From assembly GCA_964565125.1 (NCBI GenBank), contig CAZMCX010000018.1, positions 4,232 to 11,262 of the forward strand: a stretch of DNA of 7,031 nucleotides, given 5' to 3'. The notes below the pieces were generated by a model. The model worked only from the letters and a program-made list of their open reading frames with translations. It had not been told where the DNA came from and made no database searches. Positions 6,283-7,031 of the stretch are shown here, one piece after another (the first letter of the stretch is position 1; every line of letters begins with the position of its first letter). The translations under genes and the position numbers were made by a program. Source of the stretch: an uncultured archaeon. Lineage in GTDB: Archaea; Iainarchaeota; Iainarchaeia; Iainarchaeales; 0-14-0-20-30-16.

Positions 6283-6345
6283 TCAAAAATCTTATATAAA
6301 TATAGGACTAGCAATTATATACTTTACTAATTTATATATTTTATA
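6283..6345. promoter_or_regulatory. divergent promoter region between the 475-aa gene (-) and the basic-protein gene (+)
   Basis: Three T/A octamers: TTTATATA on the minus strand (6300..6293), ATTATATA (6314-6321) and TTTATATA (6331-6338). Neither gene has an SD, and both ATGs lie within about 15-30 nt of a box. Confidence 0.45.
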
Positions 6346-6348
6346 GTG

Positions 6349-6852
6349 ATGTTTATGACTCCAAAAGAAAGAAAGGTAGACCATTTATCAGGACAAAATA
6401 AACCACATAGTACTGGCTATAACCCAAAAAATCCACAAAATCATAACAGGGCCTGGCAACAATACGCAAGTACAAAAAATAAAGGACCAACATTAGGTGA
6501 AAAAATTAAAAGGCTAACTGCATATTTTGAAAAAAAAAGGATTGCAAGAATGAGGCCTGAAGAAAGAGAATTATTTTCAGCATTAACAAGATCAAAAGAA
6601 AGATATACCGATTTACAAAGAATAGTTAAAAAAATTAAGGTAGAATATGCAAGAGAAATTACCGCTTGGAGAAGAAAAAGACAAGCAAAAGGTTCAGATT
6701 TTACTGAGGCAGACAGACAAATGGAAGAACAAAGCAAAAAACAATGGAAAGACTGGCTAGAAAGACACGAAGATGCCTTGCCACAAATAAAGCAGGATTA
6801 CAACACCGCATTAAACCTTTGGAAAGGGCGTAAACTTCTGAGAAAAGCCTAG
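6349..6852 (+). CDS. hypothetical small, highly basic, Trp-containing protein (about 165 aa)
   Basis: Uninterrupted ORF with non-random composition. By hand count, 41 of 165 residues from the M at 6355 are Lys+Arg, and there are 5 Trp. Helical heptad-like stretches occur, e.g. RLTAYFEKKRIARMRPEERELFSALTRSKERYTDLQRIVKKIKVEYAREITAWRRKRQ. Start is ambiguous: GTG 6346, ATG 6349 or ATG 6355. A T-rich tract follows the TAG stop. Confidence 0.6.
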   Translation: MFMTPKERKVDHLSGQNKPHSTGYNPKNPQNHNRAWQQYASTKNKGPTLGEKIKRLTAYFEKKRIARMRPEERELFSALTRSKERYTDLQRIVKKIKVEYAREITAWRRKRQAKGSDFTEADRQMEEQSKKQWKDWLERHEDALPQIKQDYNTALNLWKGRKLLRKA

Positions 6853-6865
6853 TTCTTTCTTTTTT
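6853..6865 (+). terminator. T-rich termination tract after the basic-protein gene
   Basis: TTCTTTCTTTTTT follows the TAG stop immediately and includes a T6 run at 6860-6865. Confidence 0.4.
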
Positions 6866-6887
6866 CCAGTTATTTTCAAAGGCATAC

Positions 6888-6895
6888 TTTTTAAA
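6888..6895 (+). promoter_or_regulatory. candidate TATA box for the tRNA-Gln gene
   Basis: TTTTTAAA starts 42 nt upstream of the mature tRNA 5' end. That would give a transcript start near 6918 and a leader of about 12 nt. It is the same octamer as at 663-670. Confidence 0.3.
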
Positions 6896-6929
6896 CATTT
6901 TCCTTAGAGTAATATTTAGAATAAGGTCT

Positions 6930-7002
6930 AGTCCGATAGTGTAGGGGTCTATCACTCGGGGCTTTGAACCCCGAGACCGGAGTTCGAATCTCCGTCGGAC
7001 TA
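6930..7002 (+). tRNA. tRNA-Gln (anticodon TTG), archaeal type
   Basis: Hand-folded cloverleaf. Acceptor stem AGTCCGA (6930-6936) pairs with TCGGACT (6995-7001). D stem is GTG/CAC with a GG-containing loop. Anticodon stem CGGGG (6957-6961) pairs with CCCCG (6969-6973). Anticodon loop is CTTTGAA with anticodon TTG at 6964-6966. T arm is CGGAG-TTCGAAT-CTCCG. Discriminator is A7002. There is no encoded CCA and no intron. The A1:U72 first pair is characteristic of archaeal tRNA-Gln (bacterial tRNA-Gln has U1:A72). Confidence 0.9.
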
Positions 7003-7004
7003 TT

Positions 7005-7025
7005 TAATGGGCTTTAGGCCCATTA
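7005..7025 (+). other. perfect 8-bp stem-loop immediately 3' of the tRNA
   Basis: TAATGGGC (7005-7012), TTTAG loop, GCCCATTA (7018-7025). It is GC-rich relative to its surroundings. Function is unknown: 3' processing or termination structure, or a protein-binding palindrome. Confidence 0.4.
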
Positions 7026-7031
7026 TGTCCA

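Noticed and set aside
6441-6955. 98-aa and 84-aa minus-strand ORFs (6441..6737, 6701..6955)
   Set aside because: The first is antisense to the basic-protein gene. The second runs through a terminator tract and overlaps the tRNA-Gln gene.
6853-7031. Integrated mobile element at the tRNA-Gln gene
   Set aside because: No integrase, no transposase, and no direct repeat of the tRNA 3' end is visible in the window. The region downstream of the tRNA is truncated at 7031, so this cannot be evaluated.
1-7031. CRISPR arrays, tandem repeats, rRNA, alternative genetic code
   Set aside because: I saw no periodic direct repeats. The only low-complexity repeats are TATAC-type dinucleotide or pentamer stutter in promoters. 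ORFs end normally at TGA, TAA and TAG (lemA and the MBL gene use TGA), so there is no sign of stop-codon reassignment.

Overview
AT-rich window (roughly 30% GC by eye, not computed) that reads as a compact archaeal chromosome fragment, possibly from a small-genome or DPANN-like lineage. Support for archaeal origin: a tRNA-Gln(TTG) with the archaeal-type A1:U72 acceptor pair and no encoded CCA, T/A-only TATA-like octamers about 25-30 nt upstream of several starts, oligo-T tracts after stop codons, and Shine-Dalgarno motifs matching the GGAGGUGAU anti-SD complement on some genes. There are seven full-length protein genes, mostly on alternating strands: LemA (-), an MBL-fold hydrolase (+) tightly coupled to an all-helical orphan (+), a U32-family protein (-), a 4xCBS protein with an unusual C-terminal domain (+), a 475-aa orphan (-), and a small very basic orphan (+). 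A tRNA-Gln follows. I saw no CRISPR array, rRNA, transposase, integrase or recognisable defence gene. Three things deserve a second look. (1) The CBS protein's C-terminal ~95 aa look like an HPF/RaiA (S30AE) ribosome-hibernation fold. (2) The 475-aa protein looks like a HerA/FtsK-superfamily (DUF87-like) ATPase with Walker A, Walker B and arginine-finger positions all replaced. (3) It is divergently paired with a Lys/Arg/Trp-rich orphan next to the tRNA. All homology statements are by-eye motif comparisons from memory and need profile or structure searches.
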